64,000 bases of DNA from NCBI GenBank assembly GCA_034521815.1, contig JAXHLW010000012.1, forward strand, positions 96,001 through 160,000. Reading direction: 5' to 3'. Position 1 is the stretch's first letter; every line of letters begins with the position of its first letter. This document shows, one piece after another, positions 41,249-51,168 of the stretch. The notes beneath the pieces were generated by a model. That model was not told where the DNA came from, ran no database searches, and was given only the letters and a program-made list of their open reading frames with translations. The stretch is from Trueperaceae bacterium (GTDB lineage Bacteria; Deinococcota; Deinococci; Deinococcales; Trueperaceae). The translations under genes were made by a program, and so were the position numbers.

Positions 41249-41842
41249 ATGGAGTTCGGAGCCAGCGTGTGGTCGGCAGCGACCGTGCTGCTGTTCGTGA
41301 TGGACCCGTTCGGCAACGTGCCGACCGTGCTGGCGCTGCTGCGCGACGTCGACCCGTCCAGGCGGCGACGCGTCATCGCCCGCGAGCTGCTGATCGCGCT
41401 GGGCGTGCTGATGGGGTTCCTGTTCGTGGGTCAGGCGATCCTGGACTTCCTGGGCTTGCAGCGCGAGTCGGTCACGATCGCGGGCGGGATCGTGCTGGGG
41501 ATCATCGGCTTGCGGCTGATCTTTCCCCGTCCGGAAGGCCTCATGGGCCACCAGGCGGCGGGCGAGCCGTTCCTGGTGCCGCTGGCGATCCCGCTGATCG
41601 CCGGGCCGTCGGCGATGGCGACCGTGATCCTGATGGCGCGCAACGCGCCCGATCAGGCGGGCAGCGCGGCCCTGGCGATCCTGCTGGCGTGGGGATTGAC
41701 CGCAGCGGTGCTGCTGGCCGCGCCGTTCCTCTACCGGCTGCTGCGCGAGCGTGGCCTGCAGGCGGTGGCACGCCTGATGGGCATGCTGCTGATCATGATC
41801 GCGGTGCAGATGGTGCTGAACGGGCTCGATTCGGCGCTCTGA
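41249..41842 (+). CDS. MarC family membrane protein
   Basis: MDPFGN, IAGG, VPLAIPLIAGP, RLMG. Confidence 0.92.
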   Translation: MEFGASVWSAATVLLFVMDPFGNVPTVLALLRDVDPSRRRRVIARELLIALGVLMGFLFVGQAILDFLGLQRESVTIAGGIVLGIIGLRLIFPRPEGLMGHQAAGEPFLVPLAIPLIAGPSAMATVILMARNAPDQAGSAALAILLAWGLTAAVLLAAPFLYRLLRERGLQAVARLMGMLLIMIAVQMVLNGLDSAL

Positions 41843-41867
41843 GCGACCTGAAGCGTCCTCGCCGCAG

Positions 41868-43192
41868 CTAGTCGGCCTCGTACGCCCGCACGAATCCGCC
41901 TGCGCCGACGACGCCGACGGTGGCGCCCTCGATCGGGCCGCGGGAGGTCCCGACGACGCGAAGACCGTGGCGCGCCAGGACCACGGCGTGCGCCCCGTCG
42001 AACGCGTCGCTGCCGAACTGGCTGGCCCAGCGCAGCTCGCCGCTCGGATCGAGGGCGATCAGGAAGGCGTCGGCGATGCCCCTCACCTCTCCCGCGACGT
42101 CGCCCTCCGTTCCGCCGACCACGAACGCGCCGCCGTCGTCGGCGACCGCGAGGCCGTAGCGCAGGTCGCGCCGGGTGGGCCCGAACGCGTAGCTCCAGCG
42201 CTCGGCGCCGGCCGGGTCGAACGCACGGACGAACGCCGGCTCGGCCCCGCGATCGTCCTCGCTGGACGGTCCCGCGCCTGCCGCCAGCAGGCCGCCGTCC
42301 GGACCGAACGCCACGGCGTAGGCGTACTCGTGGAGCTCGCCCCCGAACTGGCTGGTGCCCACCGGCGCGCCCTCGGCGTCGTGGCGACGCACGAACCCGT
42401 CCCAGCCGCCGCCGGGCGCGCCGTCCAGCGAGCCGCGCGTCTGGCCCGCGACGGCGATCTCGTCGCCGTCGCCGATCGCGACGTCGCGCAGGCGGTCGTC
42501 CTGAGGCGTTCCGAACTGCCGCCGCCAACGGTCGGCGCCGTCCGCGTCGAACGCGACGAGGAACGCGTCCTCGCCCCCTGCCGAGGGACCGGCCAGGTCG
42601 CCGCCCGTCCAGCCGGCGACGACGACCGAGCCGTCCGACGTGAACGCGACGCCGCTCGCCACGTCGTCGGCCGGCGTCCCCAACGTCCGCTCCCAGAGCG
42701 TGACGCCCTGGTCGTCCAGGACGACGAGAAAGCCGTCGGTCTCGCCGGCGGAGGGACCGCCGAGTCCGCCGTCGGTCTGTCCGACCACGGCGACCTTGCC
42801 GTCCGGCCCCACCGCGATCGCTTCGGCGAAGTCGTCGTCGCCCGAGCCGAGCTGCCGCGCCCACGACGGCTCACCGCCTGGGCCGATCGCCTGGACGAAG
42901 ACGTCGAAGCCTCCAGCCGCGGCGCCGTCCTCGATGACGCCCATGGTGTAGCCGGCCGCGAAGCTCGTGCCGTCGTCGCTCACGGCGATGCCGGCCGTGA
43001 TGTCCGTCTCGGTGCTGCCGAACTGGTGCGTCCAGGCGACCGCGGGGAGCCTGCGGCGACGGTGGTCGAGAGGCACGTCACGGCCAGCGCGAACGTCAGC
43101 GCGAGCGTCGCGAGCGAGACCGGGGAACGTGCAGGGGCGGCAAGAGCGAAGGGCAGAGCGGCGCGCGGATCGGCGGGCGTCGTCGTTCGCAT
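41868..43192 (-). CDS. Secreted beta-propeller repeat protein (SBBP-like; indel near 43050)
   Basis: About 7 repeats of WxxQxGS/TxxDD...vAV...VxGxTxG...DxFv; GGGAGG RBS and signal peptide in an adjacent frame. Confidence 0.75.
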
Positions 43193-43307
43193 GGAGGACC
43201 TCCCGGACGGAGAACGGTAGGCGGTGGGTATCTTGGCGTACCGACCCGACCGTAGCAGCGACGGCCCACCGGTCGCGAGCGGTCGCCGACGTTCAGGTCG
43301 CCGTCGT

Positions 43308-44459
43308 TCAGGTCGCGCGCTCGGGTCGCGGGGTCGCCCGGCCCGGCTCGAGGATCTCGCGCGCCGACGCCCGCCCCTTCTCGGTGAGGATCAGGCGCTG
43401 GCCGTGACGCTCGATCACGCCGGCGTCCAGGCTGCGGGCCACCACCTCGCGCGCCTTGGCGTCGCGCCACGACAGGTGGGTGCCCAGCGCGCTCAGCACG
43501 TTCTCCTCGCCCGCGGCGGGGGTGCCCTCGTGCTGGTGCAGGTGCACGGCCAGCGCGCGGTTCTCGTTCGCCTCGCGCTGGCCGCGCCGCCGGAGCTCCT
43601 GCGCGACCAGGCCGTAGCGGGGTCCCAGCAGGAACGCGCCGGCCAGGAACGCGCCGGTCACGACCGCCATCATGCCGCCGATCGACACGTCCCACGCCAC
43701 GGCGAGCAGGTAGCCGATCACGCTGGACGCCACGGCGATGCCCGACGCGTACGCCAGGATGCGCCACAGCCGGTCGGTGAGCAGGTACGCCGCGGAGGGC
43801 GGAACGATGACGAACGCCAGGAACAGCACCACCCCGACGGCGTCGAACGCGGCGACGGCGGTGGCGCTGGTCAGTCCCAGCAGCAGGTAGCTCAGCGTCG
43901 CCGGCGCGAACCCCAGCGCCGCCCCCAGGCCGGCGTCGAAGGTCGTGAGCTTCAGCTCCTTGTAGAACGCGAGCACGAACGCGAGGTCCACCACGGCGAC
44001 GACCGCCATCCACAGCAGCGCGTCCGGCACCTGCACGCCCAGAACCGTGACCACGTCCAGCCAGACGAAGCCGATCTCGCCCAGCAGCACGGTGTGGGCG
44101 TCGATGTGAACGTCGCGCGCGTACACGTTCAGGAGCAGCACGCCGACCGAGAAAAGCACAGGAAACACGAGCCCGATGGCGGCGTCGCCCGCCATGCGCC
44201 GCGTCCGCGCCAACGCCTCGGTCGCGACCACGGTCAGCAGCCCCGTCAGGGCCGCCCCCACGATCTGGACCGGGCCGGAGCTCTGGCCGGTGAGCATCCA
44301 GACGATCACGATGCCGAACAGGATCGAGTGGCTGATCGCGTCGGCCAGCATCGCGTCGCCCCGCAGGATCAGGAAGGTGCCGAGGAGCGATCCGGCGACG
44401 CCGACCAGCGCGCCGGTCGTCACGATCGCGAACGGGATCGAGGTGAGGAGCTCGCTCAC
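43308..44459 (-). CDS. Mn/Fe/Zn ABC permease (TroD-like) with C-terminal soluble extension
   Basis: DAISHSILFG, YKELKLTTFD, DAVG; tail ends LILTEKGR. Confidence 0.88.
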   Translation of the reverse strand: MSELLTSIPFAIVTTGALVGVAGSLLGTFLILRGDAMLADAISHSILFGIVIVWMLTGQSSGPVQIVGAALTGLLTVVATEALARTRRMAGDAAIGLVFPVLFSVGVLLLNVYARDVHIDAHTVLLGEIGFVWLDVVTVLGVQVPDALLWMAVVAVVDLAFVLAFYKELKLTTFDAGLGAALGFAPATLSYLLLGLTSATAVAAFDAVGVVLFLAFVIVPPSAAYLLTDRLWRILAYASGIAVASSVIGYLLAVAWDVSIGGMMAVVTGAFLAGAFLLGPRYGLVAQELRRRGQREANENRALAVHLHQHEGTPAAGEENVLSALGTHLSWRDAKAREVVARSLDAGVIERHGQRLILTEKGRASAREILEPGRATPRPERAT

Positions 44460-45628
44460 CTGCGTCCCCCGTTCACGCCTTCGTTCTGGCCTTCGTCGTC
44501 TCGGCCTTCGTCGCCGGGAAGCCGGGACGCCTCCTCGCTGCCCGTCTCGGTCAGCACCCAGTGGACGCCCTCCTCGGGCCGGTGTTCGACGCGGCGCACC
44601 CAGCCACGCTGGTCCAGGTGGCGGAGCAGCCCGGCGGTGGACATCCCGAAGTAGGTGTCCAGCATGCCTTGCTCGGTGGCGTAGTCGGGATGGCCGTGCT
44701 CGGAGGCCAGCCGGTCCATCGTGGCCAGCACCTGCCGAGCCCGCAAGGCACGACCGCTTCGCGCGCGTCGGATCGCCGCCGCGATCAGGCCCCTGTTCGG
44801 AGCGAACGCCAGCGAGATCGCCGTGATGACGGAGAGGCTCAGCACGATCAGCGGGCCGGTGGCCAGCCCGCGTCCGGTGGCGCTGATCAGGGCGCCGACC
44901 ACGCCGCCTACCGCTCCGAACGTCGAGGCGAGGATCACCATCGTGCTCAGCCGCTCGGTCCACTGGCGCGCCGCGACGGCGGGGGCGACGATCATCGCCG
45001 ACATCAGCACCACGCCCACCATCTGCAGGCCCAGCACCACGGCCAGCGCGATCATCGCCGTCATGATCGCGTCCAGGGCGACGATCGGCAGGCCCAGCGA
45101 GGCGGCGAACAGCGGGTCGAACGTCGCCGCCTTGAGCTCCTTCCAGGTGGCCGCGACCAGGGCGATCGACACCACCGTGACGGCCCCCATGATCCATAGA
45201 TCGCTGCGCAGGATGGCGGCCGCTTGACCGAACAGGAACGTCTCGAGCCCGGCCTGGCCGGCACCGGCGCGCCCTTGCACGAAGCTCAGCAGCACCACGC
45301 CGGCCGCGAAGTACACGCTCAGCGCCACGCCCAGCGACGCGTCGGTCTTGAGGCGACTGCGGCGAACGAGCAGCAGCATCGTCAGCGCGGCCAGGATGCC
45401 GGTCGCCAGGGCTCCGGCCAGGACGGCGCTCAGCGAGCGGCCGCCGGCGATCAGGAACCCCAGCGCGATCCCGGGAAGCGCGGCGTGCGAAAGCGTGTCG
45501 CCCAGCAGGCTCTGCTTGCGGAGCACCGCGAACGACCCCAGCGCGCCGCTGGTCACGCCCAGCAGAATCGCGCCCGCCGCGACGGTACGGAGCGTGTAGT
45601 CACCGAACAGGGCGATGGCGGTCTCCAT
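44456..45628 (-). CDS. Mn/Fe/Zn ABC permease (TroC-like) with C-terminal wHTH-like tail
   Basis: DTLSHAALPG, WKELKAATFD, LQMVGVVL; tail WVLTETG. Confidence 0.88.
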   Translation of the reverse strand: METAIALFGDYTLRTVAAGAILLGVTSGALGSFAVLRKQSLLGDTLSHAALPGIALGFLIAGGRSLSAVLAGALATGILAALTMLLLVRRSRLKTDASLGVALSVYFAAGVVLLSFVQGRAGAGQAGLETFLFGQAAAILRSDLWIMGAVTVVSIALVAATWKELKAATFDPLFAASLGLPIVALDAIMTAMIALAVVLGLQMVGVVLMSAMIVAPAVAARQWTERLSTMVILASTFGAVGGVVGALISATGRGLATGPLIVLSLSVITAISLAFAPNRGLIAAAIRRARSGRALRARQVLATMDRLASEHGHPDYATEQGMLDTYFGMSTAGLLRHLDQRGWVRRVEHRPEEGVHWVLTETGSEEASRLPGDEGRDDEGQNEGVNGGRR

Positions 45629-45629
45629 C

Positions 45630-46397
45630 TCAGTCGGTCGCCCCCGGAACGCCGCTGCCCTCCAGCAGCGCGACCTGTCCGCCGTAGGTGGCGCGAAGGT
45701 TGCCTGCGGTGTAGACCTCCTCGACCGGCCCTTGGGCGATCGCCCGCACGTTCAGGAACATCATCCAGTCGAAGGTGGTGCGGACCGTCTGAAGGTCGTG
45801 ATGCACCACCACGACCGTCTTTCCTTGGTCGCGCAGCTCCCTGAGCACGTCCACGATGGCGCGCTCGGAGGTGGCGTCGACGCCCGCCATCGGCTCGTCC
45901 AGGAAGTACACGTCGGCGTCCTGCACCAGGGCGCGAGCCAGGAAGGTGCGCTGCTGCTGGCCGCCCGAGAGCTGCGCGATCTGTCGGTCGCGGTAGTCGC
46001 TCAGGCCGACCTGCTCCAACGCGGCGAGGGCGCGCGCCCGCTCGGCGCGGCCGGGGCGACGAAGCCAGCCCAGCCGTCCGTACAGGCCCATCTCGACGAC
46101 GTCGGCGACGGTGGTGGGGAAGTCCCAGTCCACGCTGGTGCGTTGCGGCACGTACCCGACCCGGTGCCGCTGCTCGGCGTACGGCCGGCCGAACAGGGAC
46201 ACGTGGCCCGCGGTGGGCCGGATCAGGCCCAGGACCGCCTTGATCAGCGTGCTCTTGCCCGCTCCGTTGGGGCCGACGATGGCGGCCATCACGCCTGGTG
46301 GCACGTCGAGGTCCACGTCCCACAGCACCGGCTTGGCGTGGTACGCGACGGTGAGGTCCTCGACGTGGACCGCGAGGTCCGGCTCGTGCAGACTCAC
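45630..46397 (-). CDS. Metal ABC transporter ATP-binding protein (TroB/MntB)
   Basis: GPNGAGKS, YVPQRTSVDWDFP, LSGGQQQR, LDEP, VHHDL. Confidence 0.92.
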   Translation of the reverse strand: MSLHEPDLAVHVEDLTVAYHAKPVLWDVDLDVPPGVMAAIVGPNGAGKSTLIKAVLGLIRPTAGHVSLFGRPYAEQRHRVGYVPQRTSVDWDFPTTVADVVEMGLYGRLGWLRRPGRAERARALAALEQVGLSDYRDRQIAQLSGGQQQRTFLARALVQDADVYFLDEPMAGVDATSERAIVDVLRELRDQGKTVVVVHHDLQTVRTTFDWMMFLNVRAIAQGPVEEVYTAGNLRATYGGQVALLEGSGVPGATD

Positions 46398-47497
46398 GGA
46401 GCGGTTCTGTCCGCGATCCCGTAGCGGTCGGCCCAGGCGTGCAGCGCGCTCGGGAGGGGAGGCACCTCGCCGCCCAACGCGCCCACGATCGCGACGGTGT
46501 TGGCGTGCAGCATGCCGATGTACGTGCCTTCGGCGGTGCCCGGCTCGCCCATGGCGTCGGAGTAGAGCGTGCCGCCCAGCTCGACCGACGCGCCCATGTC
46601 GGCGGTCGCGTCCAGGACCGCTTGGATCGTGCGCGGGTTGATCGTCGTCTCGATGAAGACGGCGGGAACGCCGCTGCGGGCGATGGTCTCGGCGGTGCCG
46701 CGGATGTCGGCGATCGACGGCTCGGCGTCGGTGCTGACGCCCTGGATGCCGACCACGTCGAGCCCGTAGGCGCGGCCGTAGTACGCGAACGCGTCGTGCG
46801 CCGTGACCAGCACGCGGTTCGCCTCGGGCACGGTCGCGACGGCCTCGTCGATCCAGTCGTGGAGGGCGCCCAGCTCCGCGTCGTGCGCGGCGGCCCTCTC
46901 GCGCACGCCCTCCGCGCAGCCGGGCGCGAGCTCGGCCAGCGCCGCGGCGATCGGCTCCAGCGTTCCGGCCCACAGCGACACGTCCATCCAGACGTGGGGG
47001 TCGACGCCGTAGGCGCTGGAGACCCGGATCCGGCGCTCGGCGGGCACGCCCGCCTCGGACACCGCGAGCGTCGACGTCCGTTCGCCCAGGCGCTCCAGGA
47101 CGTCGCCCAGCTGGCCTTCGAGCGTCAGGCCGCCGTAGAGGATCAGATCCGCGCGGCTCAGCTGGCGGACGTCGCCCGATGTGGCCTGGTACAGGTGCGG
47201 ATCGACGCCGGGGCCCATCAGGGAGACGACGTCGGTGCAGGCGCCCCCGATGGTCGCAGCGGTGTCGCCGACCATGCCGACCGTGGCGACGACGCGAACG
47301 GGGGCGTCCACGGGACCGTCCTGAGCCAGCGCCGGACCGAACAGCGCGAGGCCGAACAGCGTCAGGCCGAACAGCGTCAGGCCGAACGGTGTGAGCTTGG
47401 ACAGCGCTAGGCCGGCGAAAAGCGGGCGACGGGCGAGAAGGCGGGCGCGGCGTCGATTGCGCCTACCCTCGTGAGATTTTACGGCGTCCCTAAACAT
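46394..47497 (-). CDS. Metal ABC substrate-binding protein (TroA/MntA); start uncertain
   Basis: GVDPHLY, DPHVW, HDAFAYY, LYSD. Confidence 0.9.
   Translation of the reverse strand: MFRDAVKSHEGRRNRRRARLLARRPLFAGLALSKLTPFGLTLFGLTLFGLALFGPALAQDGPVDAPVRVVATVGMVGDTAATIGGACTDVVSLMGPGVDPHLYQATSGDVRQLSRADLILYGGLTLEGQLGDVLERLGERTSTLAVSEAGVPAERRIRVSSAYGVDPHVWMDVSLWAGTLEPIAAALAELAPGCAEGVRERAAAHDAELGALHDWIDEAVATVPEANRVLVTAHDAFAYYGRAYGLDVVGIQGVSTDAEPSIADIRGTAETIARSGVPAVFIETTINPRTIQAVLDATADMGASVELGGTLYSDAMGEPGTAEGTYIGMLHANTVAIVGALGGEVPPLPSALHAWADRYGIADRTAP
47336..47395. repeat. 15-bp tandem repeat x4 (GCCGAACAGCGTCAG), encoding LTLFG repeats in a signal peptide
   Basis: Directly visible. Confidence 0.88.
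47476..47497 (-). promoter_or_regulatory. Candidate DtxR/MntR operator overlapping the TAAAAT -10 of the troABCD operon
   Basis: AT-rich imperfect inverted repeat TTTAGGGACGCCGTAAA in GC-rich context. Confidence 0.5.
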
Positions 47498-47590
47498 GCG
47501 ATCACGGTAGTCCGGACGCTCGTGGCTGTCAAGCGCCGCCGCGGGAATCCAGGTCACCCATCAGGATCGCGACGCAAAGTACAGTCGGGC

Positions 47591-48292
47591 ATGACGACGA
47601 CGGAGCGTCCCTGGTTCGTGACCGACAGCGGGTTCAGCCGTCGCCTGGACGAAGCGGATCGCAGCGTGTTCATGCGCGTCTGCCCGGAGCGACGCTACGC
47701 GAGAGACGAGCACATCTTCCGCGAGGGCGACCCCGCGACGTCGCTGCACGTCGTCGCCAAGGGCCGCATCAAGCTCACCCGCCTCACGCCCGACGGGCGC
47801 GAGCGGATCCTCGCCATCGTCGGACCGGACGACATGATCGGCGAGGCGTTCCTTCGCCCCGACGCCGAGTACCTCGCCGACGCCGTGGCGTTGGGCGACG
47901 ACGTGGTCACCTGCCCGATGTCGCGTGGGCAGTTCCAGCAGCTCTCGCTGCAGGCGCCGACGTTCGTGCTGGCGTTCGCCGAGATCCTGGCGGGCAACCT
48001 GTTCCGCTGCCGCGATCAGCTCACCGGGGGGTACGCCCCGATCAAGGTGCGCGTCGCGCTCACGCTGCTCGACCAGGCCCGTCGCTTCGGGCACCCCGCG
48101 GCCGACGACGAGGACTGGCTGGAGCTCGAGACCGAGCTTCGTCACGAGGAGATCGCCTCGATGATCGGGGCGACACGCGTCTCGGTGTCCACCTCCGTGG
48201 CCGACCTGCGCAACGACGGCCTGGTCGAGGGCACGCGGGGCCGCTACCGGCTCCACGCCCCGTCGATCGAGGCGCTCGAGCTCGAGCTCTGA
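47591..48292 (+). CDS. Crp/Fnr family transcriptional regulator
   Basis: IFREGD, GE, EIASMIGATRVSVS; TACAGT 5 nt before the ATG. Confidence 0.92.
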   Translation: MTTTERPWFVTDSGFSRRLDEADRSVFMRVCPERRYARDEHIFREGDPATSLHVVAKGRIKLTRLTPDGRERILAIVGPDDMIGEAFLRPDAEYLADAVALGDDVVTCPMSRGQFQQLSLQAPTFVLAFAEILAGNLFRCRDQLTGGYAPIKVRVALTLLDQARRFGHPAADDEDWLELETELRHEEIASMIGATRVSVSTSVADLRNDGLVEGTRGRYRLHAPSIEALELEL

Positions 48293-48398
48293 GCAGGGCC
48301 GCCTCGGCCCCGTGCTCGCGCAGGCCCGGTGGTCGGCGCGGTCGGCGTGATGGCCAGTTGACGGAACGACGCGACGTCCATCTCGCATCGTGGAAGCC

Positions 48399-48881
48399 AT
48401 GAACGCTTCTCGAACGACGATCCGATCGATGCCGACCGGGCTGCCGACCGGGCTTCGGACCTTGCTGCCGACACCGCTATCGGCCGTGCTGCTGGCGCTG
48501 GTCTTGGCCTTGCCCGCCGTCGGCTCGGCGCAGGCCGATCCGACGGACGCCACCAGCACCGAGACGCGCGTCGAGGTTCCCGAACTGCCGTTCGACGACA
48601 ACCCCGACCCCGATCAGTGCGGCATTCCGCAACCGCTGGGCGACGACGTGCGTGGCACGGTCGACGGGCGCTGGGAGGGCGAGACGCTGTTCCCTGACGT
48701 CCATCTGTACGACAGCCACCTGCGTAGCCGGGTCACCGGAACGATCCCGACCGGCACGCGCGTGACGGTCGAGATGTTCCAGAACAATCCGGTGCTGAAC
48801 TACTGGTACGTCCGCTGGAACGGCCCTGGCGGCACGGTCGAGGGCTGGATCCCCGGGCCGTTCCTGACGGTCGAGCGCTGA
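48399..48881 (+). CDS. Secreted hypothetical protein with SH3-like C-terminus
   Basis: Signal peptide ending AQA; GTRVTV...WYVR...EGWIP. Confidence 0.65.
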   Translation: MNASRTTIRSMPTGLPTGLRTLLPTPLSAVLLALVLALPAVGSAQADPTDATSTETRVEVPELPFDDNPDPDQCGIPQPLGDDVRGTVDGRWEGETLFPDVHLYDSHLRSRVTGTIPTGTRVTVEMFQNNPVLNYWYVRWNGPGGTVEGWIPGPFLTVER

Positions 48882-48884
48882 GAG

Positions 48885-49598
48885 CTAGCGGTACTCGGGG
48901 TTCGGATGGCCGACGAGGTGTGCGGTGCCCTCGGCACTGCGCTGGTTGCCGTGGGCAGGGATCCCGCCCGACGCCCGCAGCATCGTGGCCAGGTGGATCA
49001 GGTTCCAGCTCATGAACGTCACGTTGCGCTGGGTGAAGTCGTTCTCGGGGCCGCCCGAGCCCGGATCCAGGTAGGAGGGGCCCGGACCGGCCTCGCCGAT
49101 CCAGCCGGCGTCCGCCTGCGGCGGGATCACGAAGCCGAGATGCTGCAGCGCGTACAGCAGGCTCATCGCGCTGTGCTTCACGCCGTCCTCGTTCCCGGTG
49201 ATGATCGTTCCGGCGACCTTTCCGTAGTACACGTACTGGCCCTGCTCGTTCGTCAGGCCGGACATCGCGTAGAGACGCTCGACCACGCGGCGGATCACCG
49301 ACGACGGCTCGCCCAGCCAGATGGGGGTGCCCAGGACCACGATGTCGGCGCCCTGAACCCGGTCCCAGATCGCGGGCCAGTCGTCGCGTGCCGCCCCGTG
49401 CTCGGTCATGTCCGGGTAGACGCCCGGCGCGATCTCGTGATCGACGGCGCGGAGCGTCTCGACCTCGACGCCGCCGCTCTGCAGCACGGCACGAGCGACG
49501 TTCATCAGCCCTTCGGTGTGCGACAGCGTGGGCGACGGCTTGAGGGTCCCGTTGACGAACAGGGCGCGGAGCGGACGGTCGGTCGAACGTTCGGTCAT
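48885..49598 (-). CDS. Flavodoxin-like NADPH-dependent FMN reductase family protein
   Basis: NGTLKPSP..SHT, GTPIWLG, TGNEDG, WIGEAGPGPSY. Confidence 0.88.
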   Translation of the reverse strand: MTERSTDRPLRALFVNGTLKPSPTLSHTEGLMNVARAVLQSGGVEVETLRAVDHEIAPGVYPDMTEHGAARDDWPAIWDRVQGADIVVLGTPIWLGEPSSVIRRVVERLYAMSGLTNEQGQYVYYGKVAGTIITGNEDGVKHSAMSLLYALQHLGFVIPPQADAGWIGEAGPGPSYLDPGSGGPENDFTQRNVTFMSWNLIHLATMLRASGGIPAHGNQRSAEGTAHLVGHPNPEYR

Positions 49599-50279
49599 GC
49601 GAGGTCTCCTTGGGGGTGGCGCCCATCTCGTGGACGTCGCTCCTCGGCCGGCAACGACGACTCGAGGTCGAGGAACAGGCGGGTCAGCACGGGATCGAAC
49701 TGGCGTGCCGCGGCGCGCTGGATCTCATCTCGCGCGGCAGCGCGCGACCACGCCTCCTTGTACGGTCGAACGCTCGTGAGCGCGTCCCACACGTCGACGA
49801 TCGTGAAGATGCGCGCTCCCAGCGGGATGGCGTCGCTCGCCAACCCGTCTGGATAGCCGGTCCCGTCCCACCGCTCGTGATGATGACGGACGACCTCCAG
49901 CGTCTCGGCCGGCAACGACGGCACGTCGGCCAGCATCCGCACGCCGTCGGCGGCGTGCTCGCGGATGCGCTCACGCTCGCGATCGCTCAGGCGCCCCGGC
50001 TTGAGCAGGATCGCGTCGGCACCGGCGTAGCTTTCCGATGTCGTGCAGGTAGGCCCCCCAACGCACCGCGCGGCGCACCGAGCGATCGAGCCCCAGCCTT
50101 TCGGTGACGCGGTCCGTCCACGCGACGACGCGGTCGGTGTGGCCGCGGGTCTCGTAATCGCGAAGCTCCAACGCGCGGCCCAACGCCAGCACCGTGCCCT
50201 CGAACGTCTCGTGGATCTCGCGGACGCACCCCGCGTGCGCCCGCTCGATCGAGCGGCTGGCGTCCTTGGGGCGGGGCAT
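49595..50279 (-). CDS. Stand-alone HD-GYP domain protein (indels near 50020)
   Basis: RDYETRGHTDRV, LHDIGK, then AILLKPG...HHERWDGTGYP in another frame. Confidence 0.75.
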
Positions 50280-50425
50280 CAGCGAGCGAAGCCAAGGAAG
50301 ATCGATCAAAGCGTCACCCACCGCGCAGATCGCGCGGCCGCGACGACGCGGTTCGCTAGGGGCGCGACCGCCTGAAGGAATACCTGCATATCCACGAGTA
50401 TTCGCGGCCCGGTCGCGGCCGTCGG

Positions 50426-51121
50426 TCAAGCGCCCGACGCGTCGCTCGGATCGTCTCGATACGGGGCCAGAACGGCCAGCGGCCCCGACCACAGGCGCGC
50501 GTCCAGGAAGTCGTCCACCACCGGCGAGGCGCCCAGCTCCGTCAGCGTTTCGGGTCGCTGCGTCGTCGCGAGCCCCACGACGGGCAGCCCGGCGCCGCGC
50601 GCCGACGTCACGCCGCTCGGGGAGTCCTCGAACGCCAGCGCACGGTCCGCCGGCACGCCCAGCCGGCTCAGCGTCTCGCGGTAGGGAGCGGGGTCGGGCT
50701 TGGGCGCCGCCGCCTCCTCGCCGAGGACGACCGCGTCGAACGCGTCCTCGAGCCCCAGCGCTCCCAGCATGAACACCGCGTTGTCGCGGGGGGCGTTCGT
50801 CACCAGCGCGGTCGCCAGGCCCGCGCGCCGCGCCGCCCGGAGCACCTCGTGCACCCCGGGAAGCGGCTCGAGGCGGTCCGCGGCGGCGCGGAAGCGCGCC
50901 TCCTTGGCGCCCGCGAACGCGCGCCCCTCGTCGCGGCTCAGGTGCGGGAGCAGGTCGGCGACGATTTCCGGGTTGTGCCGACCGGACACCCGGCGCGCGT
51001 ACGACGCCTCGTCCACCTCCACGCCGTGATCGGCGAGCGCCTCTCGCCAGGCGAGGAAGTGCAGCGGGTCGGTATGCGCCAGGGTTCCGTCGAGGTCGAA
51101 CAGCAGGGCGGCCAGGTCCAT
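50426..51121 (-). CDS. HAD family phosphatase
   Basis: FDLDGTL, VTNA, KPDP, FEDS; TAGGCT -10. Confidence 0.92.
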   Translation of the reverse strand: MDLAALLFDLDGTLAHTDPLHFLAWREALADHGVEVDEASYARRVSGRHNPEIVADLLPHLSRDEGRAFAGAKEARFRAAADRLEPLPGVHEVLRAARRAGLATALVTNAPRDNAVFMLGALGLEDAFDAVVLGEEAAAPKPDPAPYRETLSRLGVPADRALAFEDSPSGVTSARGAGLPVVGLATTQRPETLTELGASPVVDDFLDARLWSGPLAVLAPYRDDPSDASGA

Positions 51122-51168
51122 GGCGCGAGCCTACCGCTCGCCGCGGCGCGCGGCGGGCACGACCGCCG

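Noticed and set aside
34959-41842. Integrase, transposase or att-tRNA for the signalling islet
   Set aside because: None recognisable, so it is not called a mobile element.
41868-43076. Periodic DNA similarity suggesting a repeat element
   Set aside because: Explained by beta-propeller protein repeats.
48346-48364. Possible Crp site upstream of the secreted protein at 48399
   Set aside because: Only one convincing half-site (TTGAC).
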